Shown: one piece after another, positions 24,233-36,825 of the stretch
How positions within the stretch are numbered: position 1 is the stretch's first letter
Layout of the letters: every line of letters begins with the position of its first letter
Assembly (NCBI RefSeq): GCF_018350175.1
Contig: NC_058368.1
Span: 45,014,001 to 45,078,000, forward strand
Direction: 5' to 3'
DNA: 64,000 nucleotides
Source: Felis catus
Lineage: Eukaryota
The notes under the pieces: model-generated
What the model saw: the letters and a program-made list of their open reading frames with translations, nothing else
What the model was told of the DNA's origin: nothing
The model's database searches: none
Translations under genes and position numbers: made by a program

Positions 24233-25831
24233 ATTTACTAAGATATCATGATTTAGCTTAACATATTAGAAAAAATCCTGGGAAAACATGCCTTTTGAAA
24301 TATTGCACTCATTAATTTATTTACCGACTGTTCAAAATTTTTAAAAAAATTAATTGAGTGTTTACTACATACTGGGTCCGGTGCCAAGTAGTAGTATATA
24401 AGGCAGAATTAGGTTCCTTGCCACTGGCTGAAGATCTAACAAAAAAGATTGTTTAGCCAATCCTAATTAATAATTCACTAGAAAGTCAGGTAAATTAAGA
24501 TTTAAGATCTCCAAGTTCATAAAAGGCATTGACATAACAAAGATCATTTTTTAAAAGAATCTTAACAATCACATTACATTTAGTTTTAAAGACAAAATCA
24601 ACTCAATTACTCTAAACTTATTTAATTAAATTGAATTGTTTTCAGTCAATCAGGATCTTTCAGATGAGTGTTCATATTGCCATGATTTCCTGACACAACT
24701 TTAGCAAAAATGATTCATCAGGATACTACAAATCTCGAGGATGCTCAAGCATTTACAACTACATACATGTACGAAACTCTTTACATTATTATTTCATCCA
24801 AACTGGATATTAACTACGCCATACTGAAAGTTCCTACAACTCAAATATTTAAGCAATACACAAATTTGGATTTGGACCCAAGCATTTTCTTGGCTGAGGA
24901 CTTTTTCCTTTTAGTAACTGCTTTCTAAAATACAGTTAGATGTGTGCTTATCCAGGAAAAGTGAATTCTGATACTCTTGAATCTTTTTGACAGCCTTCTA
25001 CAATGTCAAACAAGTTGCCTCTATGTAATAACACTCAACAAAAGCATTTTAATGGCCAATTATGATCCTGTTTGAAAGTTCATGTCTTATGATGGGGACT
25101 GTATTTTTGTTTTTGTTTATCTATGCTTTATTTTAATGACACATATCTATGCACATTACCAGAAAATTATTTAAAACAGGTGGATATCATTTAAATTGAG
25201 TGCCCAGCATTGTGGATGTGTAAATGAAATGAAGATTGTTTTGTAATGACATTTTCTTTCCAAAAATGAATGGAACATATAGCACTAACATATAGCACTA
25301 ATATTAAGTGATCTTAAGGATAATATCAAAGCCTCTTACTTTTGTTTAAAACACATAATCATAGCCTGTTCAACATCTATTAATCTTCATTACAGTATAG
25401 GTATAGTTTAGTTAAGTAGAAATTGAGTGACTGCTTAATAAACATCATTTGTAGACGTATTGATCCGGAGGGGCCAATTTAGTCCACTCTACCTCTTTGG
25501 TTTGACCTTTTGATTTGAATCAGGCGATAAATGTATACACTTGAGAAATTCTCATAAGTAAACTACTGAGTTAACTGCATGAATTCAGGAATTCAAATGG
25601 CACTAATATAATGCATTCATATTTATGATGACCCAGGCTTTATTTAAGTATGCTTTTATTTGCCAAAATCATGTGCAGAATGTCCAAGGTGGCTTGGGAA
25701 GATTCATTATTTTGACTTTTGTACTAGGTCCTGTTTGGTTATTTAATACTGCTCAGGGCAATATGATATGATTAAAGGAACCCTTACCTCTTTTATGAAA
25801 ATAGTTCCACAAATATGTAAGTATAGATTTG

Positions 25832-25834
<3 letters not shown>

Positions 25835-25886
<52 letters not shown>
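25835..25886. repeat. (CA)n(TA)n microsatellite
   Basis: Seen directly. Confidence 0.96.
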
Positions 25887-25999
25887 TTAATGTAGATATA
25901 GATATATTTAATATATAATTATTTTTCAAGAATATTTTCTACTATAGAAAATATTTGGGGGAATCACGTGACTGATTTTGTACATATAGAAATCTTTTT

Positions 26000-26219
26000 A
26001 AAAAAATTTTTTTAACGTTTATTTATTTTTGAGACAGAGAGAGACAAAGCACGAACGGGGGAAGGTCAGAGAGAGGGAGACACAGAATCTGAAACAGGCT
26101 CCAGGCTCTGAGCTGTCAGCACAGAGCCCGACGCGGGGCTCAAACTCACGGACCGCGAGATCATGACCTGAGCCGAAGTTGGGTTGGCCGCTTAACCGAC
26201 TGAGCCACCCATGCACCCC
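26000..26219 (-). mobile_element. Can-SINE (SINEC_Fc-like)
   Basis: Full body in antisense. Degenerate TSD tag(a/c)aatctttt. Confidence 0.94.
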
Positions 26220-26963
26220 TATGTAGCAATCTTTTAAAGAGAAAACTGCTTAACTAACGCTTTATGTTTTCTAAAGTGTTGTAATTTCCATAGTATAATT
26301 TCATTATTTTACATATTATATGTAAATTTTTCAGGATCATTTCGACATATTGTGTGCCCCATGGAATTTTTACCATTAATATCAAAATAAAATAGTAAGA
26401 TTGTACTGTATAAAATGCAGAGGCTTGGAAGTTGTAAGAAAGAGGTTATGATGTCTATATAAATATAGATAAATAACAGAAATTAAAATTACTAGTTTTA
26501 ACATCACTACATTTTCTTTTCTGCTTAGAATACCTAAAAATACCCTCTTCTTGTAAGCCAAACTACACTTGGATGATGTTTTACTGTCTCAGGTCTCATT
26601 TGGACACAGGTAATATTTCTACACTTGCATCTTCCATCTCGAGATGCATCTGGCAAACTTTTATATCTGCTTTCGTCTGCATTGTTACCAGATCTTTTAA
26701 AAATTTATGGTAATAGAAGCATGGCTGAGGAAGCTAGGATCCCATTTGCCCTAATATAATTCTGATTAAGGAGATAACATAAATTACAGATAGTTTACAA
26801 ATACTCTTTTTTCCAGACGTTCATGTGTACGTAATATGTGACTTTATAACAGCTGATAACATTTTATACACACTACTCTAGAAATGGTACTGTGATTTTT
26901 ATTTCAAGAAAATTATATATTCAAAGACCTTCAATGGGTTTATTCTAACAAATCAAATTTCTT

Positions 26964-27179
26964 TAAAAAAAATTTTTTTAACATTTATTTGTTATTGAGA
27001 GACAGAGAGAGACAGAACATGAGCAGGGGAGAGGCAGAGAGAGAGGGAGACAAGAATCCGAAGCAGGCTCCAGGCTCTGAGCAGTCAGCACAGAGGCGGG
27101 CACGGGGCTCCAACTCACAATCCTCGAGATTGTGACCTGAGCCAAAGTTGGTCGCTTAACTGAGCCACTCAGGCGCCCC
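26964..27179 (-). mobile_element. Can-SINE (SINEC_Fc-like)
   Basis: TSD aacaaatcaaatttctt. Confidence 0.95.
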
Positions 27180-27743
27180 ACAACAAATCAAATTTCTTCT
27201 GAACATTGTTACTATAAGTAAATAGGCCTCTATTTTCTAATTTGAATATAAAAACTGTCATTATTTAATATGCTTTCATGACTCTTATTGCCAAATTGCC
27301 TTTCATCCCCAGTCCAAAAGAATATTACTTGCCAGTCTTGGGAAAAGCTAACTAAGGGCCCCTTGCCCTAGACTCTGTCTTCTGCAAGTACAGTGACCTC
27401 TCTCTTCCTATACTTCTCTAGTTCTCTAGTTGTTAATCAGCAAGTGAAATCAAAATTGTCACTTCTTTTTTTGAAAGCAGAGGAAATGTGACATGTACTG
27501 AATACAGTCTGAAAAATATTAGGATAGATAAATCTGAAGATCATAATACTACATAGAGTTCCTGAGATTGTGGTCTACTTAAGTTTTAGTGTAAAGTTCT
27601 AGAAGAAAACAAATGGAGATGAGAGTGGGAAAAATAACAGATGAATCTGCAGATTATACTAGATTCTTCACATGTATTCATACTAGATAGATGACCCTCA
27701 GATTAATACGGAATATATTCTCCAACAGTTAGATACATGATAA

Positions 27744-27796
27744 AGATATAGATATATAGATATAGATATAGATATAGATATAGATATATAGATATA
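27744..27796. repeat. (ATATAG)n repeat
   Basis: Seen directly. Confidence 0.93.
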
Positions 27797-28733
27797 ATTT
27801 TTACTATTATTATTATTTTCTTCTTAAATAATGATCTGGGAAACTAAGATGAGGGCTATAATTTTATGACATCCCCTAAATGCCAGCAAGCTATTTCATT
27901 TAATCCTTATAAAAATCTTATTAGGTAAAATAAAAGACACAATATAAGAAAAATATTTAAAACCACTTGCCATAGGTATTTCCTTTTTATTATCTATCTT
28001 AGACACTTTTTCATAGCTATACTTTCTCTCCTATCATGTACTGAATAATTTTTTAAAAAGATACACTCATTATGTGTTGGTGTTCTCAATATCCTTTCAT
28101 GAATTCTGTCATTCAAAGTTCAGAATACTGCTAACTATCTATGAATTTACTATCCTCCAATAGGAGTGAAAATTTTAGCATTCTCAAAAGTGAGCTTTCT
28201 AATATTATGGTAGTGTGTATTAATTTGTGCGTGTCAAGTCTAGACTTGAAATCAAAAATATTTTTTCCTTCTTTGGAGCAATAATCTTTGGAAAAATGGA
28301 GATTACCTTACTAGGTACTTCCTAGGCTAGGATGATTCTAGAGGGCAGAAAATAATGTCTTATATCATATGGAATTCATAGTGCCTAACACAGTGGCTAT
28401 TATGGCATGGGAAATGAATAAACACTTTTTGAATTAATAATAATGGCCAATTGGGGGGTGACACTTCACAGTGAAGAAGAGAGCAAAAAATAAATATTTA
28501 AACAAAAGTACTATAAAACTATGTATGTTGTCATATAGTGTAAAAGCAAAGAGAATTACAAAGCAGTGGTTTCTAGAATATTTCAGTACTCTCATTTTTA
28601 TTACAAAGGACTCTAAAACACTTAAAAAACAGCATGTATTTTGAAAATGCATTTTCAGAAAGACGCAATGAAATGCACAATATATTTAGAGATATTTTCC
28701 ATTACATCTGTTAAAATTTATTTTAAAAGCCTT

Positions 28734-28957
28734 GGGACACCTGGGTGGCTCAGTTGGTTGAGTGTCCGACTTCGACTCGGGTCATGATCTCACAGTTTGT
28801 GGGTTCGAGCCCCTCATCAGGCTCTGTGCTGAACGCTTGCTCAGAGCCTGGAGCGTGCTTCAGATTCTGTGTCTCCTTCTCTCTCTGCCCCTCCCCCGCT
28901 CATACTTTATCTCACTCTGTTTCTCAAAAATAAATGAATGTAAAAATTAAAAAAAAA
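28734..28957 (+). mobile_element. Can-SINE (SINEC_Fc-like)
   Basis: A and B boxes. TSD taaaagcctt. Confidence 0.95.
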
Positions 28958-29009
28958 TAAAAGCCTTCATATTTAAATTCAAAAATTTTATTTACATTAC
29001 AAATAAAAG

Positions 29010-29100
29010 TATATATATATATATATATATGAATTCTATCCATGCATCATCCATCTATCCCCTCATTTATTCAAACACACACACACACACACACACACAC
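29010..29100. repeat. Short (TA)n and (CA)n microsatellites
   Basis: 29010-29030 and 29075-29100. Confidence 0.9.
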
Positions 29101-31384
29101 GTATATACATGTTTTTCTTTTTTTACTAAGCACATTTTATGTACCAAGCCTTGCTCAAAGTGTTGAAGATGAAATGATTTATTTTGAAACTATGTGTATA
29201 TTTAATTAACTTTCATTCTGAGATAGACAGAGTTTTGGAAATAAGGCTTTTAATAGTTGGTCTTGCAACTTTCACAAGCATTTTATAAAAAAATACAACT
29301 TACTCTACATTTGAGTATTCAAAATATATGATTCTTGATTAACCACAGAATTGCTCTTCAGGTGACCTAGTGGCTTTGCAAGTAAATGATAAAAATTGAC
29401 AATTCACATAAATTTATTGTAGGAGTAGCCAGTATTCATAAATGTCTGTATATATTCAAAATCATTTCAAGTAGGAGAAATTCATTAGAAATACTTGCTT
29501 CAGTTGACAAATCACTTAAGTAATTTTACTTTCTCATACAAGTGGGAAACATAATGAGAAGTTAATGAGTAAATAAAGTAATTTAGAGATTACAAAAACT
29601 AGTATTGGCATTGAGCTGTGAGGAATTAAGAGAAATCCTGGTGCAGTAAGTAAATTCCTGATAGTGTGAGTGAAACAACAAATTTACTAAGAATATTACA
29701 AACTATTTTCCCAGTTATAAAACTTGCCCTTTAATATTTATTGAACCATGTAAATGGAATTTACATATATTAACCACCATATATACTGCATTATGAGACA
29801 TCATTGTGTTTTTATTTGTAGTAAAATTTTAGTCAAATGAAGAAAGTATGTCCAAGTGCCGGTTTTGCATGAGAATGTTAATTCTATTTCATCATAAATT
29901 TTTTTTAAAAAACTTAATTTGCTTTGTTTTCAATAAACAAACATTCCTTCGCTTACTAAAGTTGTTTGAATGAATAGAATGGACTACTAAAACAATTTAC
30001 ATTACAGGATAGATTTGAAATTTCCGCTTTCTAGATTCTTGCCTGAGGAGTTGAAGACTGACGTTTACATCCAATAGAACAAGCTTACCGGAAGACTCAT
30101 TCATTATTTCTGATCTACTGCTACATATCTATACTTCTATATAAGCACTGAAAATCCAGAGTATGGATTTCTGACACTCACAAAAATGCCTAGCCATGCA
30201 GATTATTTGAAACCACAGGATATTTCAATCAATCAATCAACTAACATTGAGAATTGGCTGTGTACTTAGCCCTGTGCAGTGAAGGGTATAAGGACTTATC
30301 TTGGTAGAAAACACACACAAAAAGAAAGATTTCAAATTTTGATTATCCCACAACATAAGATGCTTTAAACATTTTTCAAATTCTTATAATGTACATACAG
30401 CTTTTGCAGCTACGTTTTCATAATTAGTTTACTTGCCTGTTTTCCAAACATGCAAAAAGAGGCATAGAGAGGCCGACGTGGCAATCACACAATTATCTAG
30501 ACTCCTAGAAAGCCATGCCTGAGTCTATTTCTTTGGTTAACAAGAGAGAATTTTATAGGTTATAGAGAGTTGTAAAATTTCAACTTTCATATGCAACATA
30601 ACTCCTAAAGTTGCCTACTTCCTTCACATTAGATTGTGTTTCACTAACCCCTTTTAAAGCTTCTTTTCCTTTGCTGTAGGTAGTGTTTTCTAATAAAGCC
30701 ATAGAAGAAAGCAGTGACTGCAGCCTGAATTAATCATTTCCTATTCAAACTCATAGTGTGTGCATACGTATGTGTGGTAATATACCTATATACATGCATG
30801 AACACACACGAGGTGTGAAAGGGACTCAAGTCGTACAGAATAATATTGTCCATGACATTGAAATGAAAACAAATAGTTTGACGTTTATTTCTTTTTGACA
30901 GACAGTAGGTCAGCTTATGTGGTTAATAACATTTATTAAATATTAAAACATACTTTTGGAACTGTAAATGTAGCCAATGTACAGAAAGTATTGAATTCCA
31001 TACAATCGCAATTTTTAAACTGTTGTTTTATTAGTGCCACTGACAGTATGACAGTTTAGGAGGTGTCACTGACACATAACAACCTCTAAAATGTATTCTT
31101 TCAAAAGGGTATTTGAACAGAAGACAAAGGAGAACAGAATTTCAAAATGTAGGTGGTAAATAGTTCAACGATGTCAGATAAGTTCAGGAGAATTACAATT
31201 TAAAAAATGAACTTACCAATAAGAAGATACCTATTCATGTTCTTCAGTAAAACAAGGAATTTAAGTAACTTGACTTTTAGTTAGATCAAGACTGCCCAAT
31301 ATTGAAATAACTAAATTTCTAATAATGAGTTAGGCTGTTAGGTGGAAATGATTAAATATTTGACTTAGTGTTATGAAATTGTTG

Positions 31385-31990
31385 GAATCTATTCAATCAT
31401 GAAACAAATTATTATTGAGCACATGTTACATGCCTATAACGTGCACTGTGAATGGGGGTTCTCACTGTCCACACAGAGCTTTTACTTTATTTGTGGACAA
31501 AAACTATAAACAACTAAATGAACAAAACCTACACAAAACACTTCAAGTGATCAATGCGGTGAGATCACAAATGGCATTGCACAGACAGTTCTCTTCACAG
31601 AATTCTTAGAAAAGCACTCCCCCACTAATCTGACATTAGAACCCATCCAAACAACAGAACATATATACATGGCTCGTGGATGAAGAGAGTAAACACAAAA
31701 CACAAGAAAACAACATAAGAGGAGGAAGAAGAGCAAACCAGAGAGAAAATGACTGCTGAAAGTCACTGAAGTGCAAAAAGCATGGGATATTGGAGGAACA
31801 GAAAGATGGCTGTTAGTGAGTGGGTGTGGAAGAGAGGGCGAGAGATGGTGTAATTCACAGTATAGAGTTTCAACTTTAATTGTACTGTGCTGGAAAATTA
31901 GTGAAGGGTTTTAAACAGGGAGATGATATATAATTTAAGATTTTTCTAAAGTCACCTTGATTAGATTGGAAAAATGCAAAAATCAAAAGA
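31385..31990 (-). mobile_element. L2 relic
   Basis: attcaatcatgaaacaaattattattgagcacatg terminus; gaagggttttaaacagggagatgatat motif. Confidence 0.65.
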
Positions 31991-32199
31991 AAGAGATAGA
32001 TCATCGAGGAATATCTTCTTCCCCAACAGAAGACTTAAAAATGTAGACAAAGATAATTCAGTAATAAGCTTTAGAAATAAGAAACCAGGCAGTTTCATAC
32101 TTGCTTTCATATAGTAATGCCATCTTAATTTAATTTAGGAATTGTATAAGAAATGGTATTTTTTTAAATGACAAATTACAGTGCCGGGTTTTGTATTTT

Positions 32200-32424
32200 A
32201 TTTTAAAAAAAAATTTTTTTTTCAACATTTATTTATTTTTGGGACAGAGAGAGACAGAGCGTGAACAGGGGAGGGGCAGAGAGAGAGGGAGACACAGAAT
32301 CGGAAACAGGCTCCAGGCTCTGAGCCATCAGCCCAGAGCCCGACGCGGGGCTGAACTCACGGACCGCGAGATCGTGACCTGGCTGAAGTCGGACGCTTAA
32401 CCGACTGCGCCACCCAGGCGCCCC
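32200..32424 (-). mobile_element. Young SINEC_Fc
   Basis: CpG-rich and nearly identical to the copy at 23128. TSD tgtatttt. Confidence 0.96.
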
Positions 32425-33370
32425 ATGTATTTTTAAAGAACTTTAACATGTTATCTCATTTTATACATTGCGATGGTTTTCAAGAAGAAAATAGGGCTCT
32501 AAGCTCTGATAGTAAAGGTGAGACCTGATGCACAAGGAAAAGCAAACCATGGGGAAAATAAGAAAAAAAAAAAAATGTTAGATGCAAATACCCAGGGTGT
32601 GGAGACTGCTTGGCATATTGAATGAACTGAAAGGATATTGTGGGGAGAAGTAATTTTGAAAGAAAGGAGAGGTGGTTAGTACTCTTTTCTAGATCATTAA
32701 CCTAAAGGCTAAAACAATGATGTAATCTGTACAAATTTTTGTATTAGTCTCCAGCATTTTCACAATTCAGACACAGATCTTTTGAAAGTCCCATACCACA
32801 CTGATCCTTTCCTGAAAAATATTGAGGTGAAGTATCATAACCAATGATACTGTATCCCAAGTAAAACTGTAGATTTTAAACCTATGTCATCAATGTAGAA
32901 GGTCCATAGACATGTATCTCAGTAATTGTATCTGAGTAATCTCTAAAATTTTACTCTTCCATCAGTCTAGCACCAATTACTTTGAGAATTAACTCAATTT
33001 TATTACCATCTACTCACCTAGTACTCTGCATTTAACCTACAGTTTTCACAATTTTTCTAACATTAAGAATAAATAATCCATTTTACCCTATGATTTAATT
33101 TCAGAAAGTTACATGGTTCCGAATAATACAGGATTGTAAATACCCAAGAAATCCTGAAACTTAATAAACATTTGATAATGTCTATTATCTACTTTATTAG
33201 AATCTACATCAATATTAGCTCAGATGACAAAGAAAAAAAAAGATACACAATGAATTAGAAACTCTCCATAAGTCTAAAATGGCATATCTTTTAGAGTATA
33301 TAAATAAAAACAAAATATCTGCACATTTTTATAAAACTGTGACATCTATCATTTGGGATTCTTCCAAAAA

Positions 33371-33564
33371 TATTTATTTATTTATTCTGGGAGAGAGAGA
33401 GAGAGAGAGAGCGAGCAAGTAGGGGTGAGGCAGAGAGACAGGGAGAGAGAGAATCCCAAGAAGGTTCTGCAATGTCAGCACAGAGCCTAAAGTGGGACTG
33501 GATCCCACGAACTGAGACATCATGACCTGAGCCAAAATCAAGAGTCTTAACCTACTGGGATCCC
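33371..33564 (-). mobile_element. Can-SINE (older)
   Basis: Body in antisense. Degenerate TSD tgggat.ctt.caaaa. Confidence 0.88.
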
Positions 33565-33744
33565 TGGGATACTTTCAAAACAGTATATAGACAAAAATAG
33601 GATTGGAGAAAGTCCAGAAGGTAGAAACTGAGACAACAAAGGGATCAAGGAAAAGCCTCAGGAGGAGAGATATGTTCATGGATCTTCAATCCTGACTATA
33701 TGAGAGGAGCATGATCAAAATCTATTCAAACTAAAATGACACAG

Positions 33745-33945
33745 ATAGAGCTTCCTTGTGGGGCAACAAGATCTGGATTTGAATTCCAGCACTGGCACGT
33801 ATTAACTATGTCAACTTGACACAGTTTCAAAACCTCTTAGAGACTCTGTTTCCTAATCTACAAAATGATTTTGGCAAAAATAAATTAAATTACATTTTTT
33901 ATCATAGGGCCCAACATATAGAAGATATTCAACAAATATTAATAT
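33745..33945 (+). mobile_element. MIR
   Basis: ctggatttgaattccagcact...aacctcttagagactctgtttcctaatctacaaaatg. Confidence 0.7.
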
Positions 33946-35129
33946 TCGTCTTTCTATATACTTTATCTAAATTGAGATGGTTCAAATAAATGCACTACTA
34001 TTTAATATATAGAGTATGAAACTTAGTCAAGAGGTAAATTATGAAAATCAGATATTATAGATGAAAAATATGACTGCTGTTTAAATATTAAGATAACACA
34101 TCGATATCCATGAGTTATAAGGAGAAATTGGATATTTTGTAGTTGACTTTAAAGAATAATCATGTACTTAACAATAGGGTCTTTAATAGCAGATTATTAT
34201 ATTGATTGATTAATGATGAAGTATGACAAGATTTATGTTATTAAAATTTTGTTCATTGATCATAGTTATAAGAGTGAATCTTGAGAGTGATTGTGAAGAA
34301 TGTTCAAAGTTTCATTTGCTATTGAAAATGTTACTAATTTTTAATGTTGGAGCACCCCATATTTGCTTTATGTGACCTGCACAAAGGATCACTCCGGGAA
34401 GTCAGTGGCCAGATGGTAAAGGCTCAAACACTGTCATTCTCCTGTACTTGGGGAGGTCTGAAGATGCAACTGACAGGTAATAACCCTATAGTCTGAGGGA
34501 CACAAATGACAATCATTTGGGTACCAGAAGAGGTTCCGAATATATTATGTTAAACCAATAAAAATTCATCACTTAATAATGGGGAATACATATCAAAAAG
34601 TGAAGCCTAGGGAGAAAGAAGTTATTAGCACATAGAAAATCCTTCTCATAATAAATATTTAACTCAGTGCCTGAGGTTGTCACTAAGGATCCCACTTTGC
34701 TGAATTCTTATATTTATTTAAGATCACAATATTTAAAGAATATATAATTTCAGTTATTTGCAATTTGCACTCAAATTGCTGAAATGTCATCTGAGTATGC
34801 TAAAGACAAGAGGTAGGCATTTTGAAAATAAGATTTTCTTTGATAAAATGCAAACAGAATTGAATTTATTTCATTAATTTGGTTTGTAAGAAACATATTT
34901 AGAGACACACTTAAATCCAGTAAAAAGCATTTGTTGTTGAATTTCATGTATCATTTCTGTTCCTATTCTTTCCTTCGCATTTAAAGAAGATATAAATAAC
35001 ATATTTTTCCCATATGATTTTCTGCTTTTGTACATTAGCAAGTAACCACCATTTCCCAAAGAAGTGTTGGTAGGGGGTTTCAGCTCTTTCCTTTCCAAGA
35101 CATTAAATAATTTATAATGTTTTCTGTTT

Positions 35130-35500
35130 CATACTAGTGTCAAACCCTGTTCTAGATGCTTTATTGGAGCTTACATCCAAGTGGGAAAAGACAAACAAGC
35201 AAATAAATAAGTAAACAATGTCATGGGGATTTAATTATTATGTAGAAAAAATGAAGCAAGCAAAGGACTAGAGAATTCTGAGGGAGCAGCAACAATTATT
35301 TTAGATAATATGGTTAGAGAAAGTCTCTCTGATCAAAAGACATTTGAGAAGAGGCCTGAATAAAGAGGTGGGAGGGAAGGAGGGAGTCTCGCAGTTACCA
35401 GGGCAATAGTTATCAGGGCAGAAGGAAGGCAAGTGAAAAGGCTCCAAGGCATGTGTTTGGCATGTTAGAGCAACAATAAATGGGGTAGAAAAATAATTAA
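35130..35500 (-). mobile_element. L2 relic
   Basis: ctgttctagatgct...ggagcttacatccaagtggga...gagaagaggcctgaataa. Confidence 0.6.
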
Positions 35501-36414
35501 AAGGATGACTCAATTAACTGTTGTCCCTAGTGACAGAAAATCTCAGCAACACCATCTCCTTGTTTTGTTTTTGTTTTTGTTGTTTGTTATTCCCCCCAAC
35601 CTCCTCCCAGAATCTGCCTTTCCCAAAGCCTTGCCATCTCATTCAGTTCATTTTTCTCCTACCATTATTGGGCTGAAATTATATTGCTGCCATCTACCTT
35701 CCTAATCTAATGGTGGGCTAGCTTTAAAACCGAGTTCCCTTAGGTTCTCGTTACTCTGCCTTCAGCATGTGCTGTGGTTGCTAATAAAACAGGTTTATAT
35801 ATTTGTAGGCACATACATATGGTTTACCTGCATGGCTGATAAAGCTATTCCATTTCATTTATAATATTTTTGAATTTCTTATTTATCCTCTTGATGTTAA
35901 ATTCATGTACCAAACTGGACTTTCTGCTTGTTTTTGTTGTTGTTTGCTTGTTTGGGTATTTTTGCATTCTTTCACTTTAATTCACTGGTGTGCTCTAAAG
36001 TCACCTAATTTTTTTTCAGCTCAATGTTGTATTTTTTTTTCACATGTATTTTATACCCTCCTCTTAGTAAATCAATTAGACAAAGTTGTAAATTATGGGT
36101 GTTTCATTCACAGCTAAACTTTCAGAGCAAACACTGCCAAATTACACTAATTTTTTCAAACTACCTAACTCATTAAATTGTTCCCTACCTTTGTATCCTC
36201 TGCTTTCCTGTCAATTGAAACCATATGCAAAAATAGAAAGAGGGGTGTAAGAAGGTCTTATGTACCCATCACCTGAATTCATTATCCATTCATGGATCTT
36301 TTTTCACATTTACTTCCATTTACATTATCCACCTGCTCTCCTGTGGATTATTTTTAAGCAAATCCCATACATTATATTATTTTATGTGCAAATATCTATC
36401 AATATACATCTAAA

Positions 36415-36825
36415 GATCTCACTTACATATGGAATCTAAATCTAAAAAAAAAAATAACCGTGAGATCACAGATACACAGAATAATAGATTGGTGGTTGCC
36501 AGAGGCAGGGGGGTGGGGCATGGTCAAAATGGGTGAAGGGGGTCAAGAGATAAAAAAATCCAGGTATAAAATAAATATATTCTGGGGATGTAATGTGGAG
36601 CATGGAAACTATGTTAATAATATTACACTGCATATTTGAAAGTTGCTAAGAGGAATAAATCTTAAAAGTTCTCATCACAAGAAAAAAATTATGTGTGGTG
36701 ATGAGTGTTAACTATACTTATTATGGTGATCATTTCACAATATATACAAATATGAAATCATTATGTCGTACACCTGAAACTAGTATAATATTATCTGTCA
36801 ACTATACTTCAACAAAAAATAATAA
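36415..36825 (+). mobile_element. L1 3' end (L1MA/MB-like) nested in an older antisense L1 relic
   Basis: tctcacttacatatggaatcta...ggtggttgccagaggc...catttcacaatatatacaaat...tacacctgaaact followed by an A-rich tail. Confidence 0.85.

Noticed and set aside
24042..24251. Lys/Glu/Arg-rich 69-aa ORF
   Set aside because: Translation of a GA-rich simple repeat.
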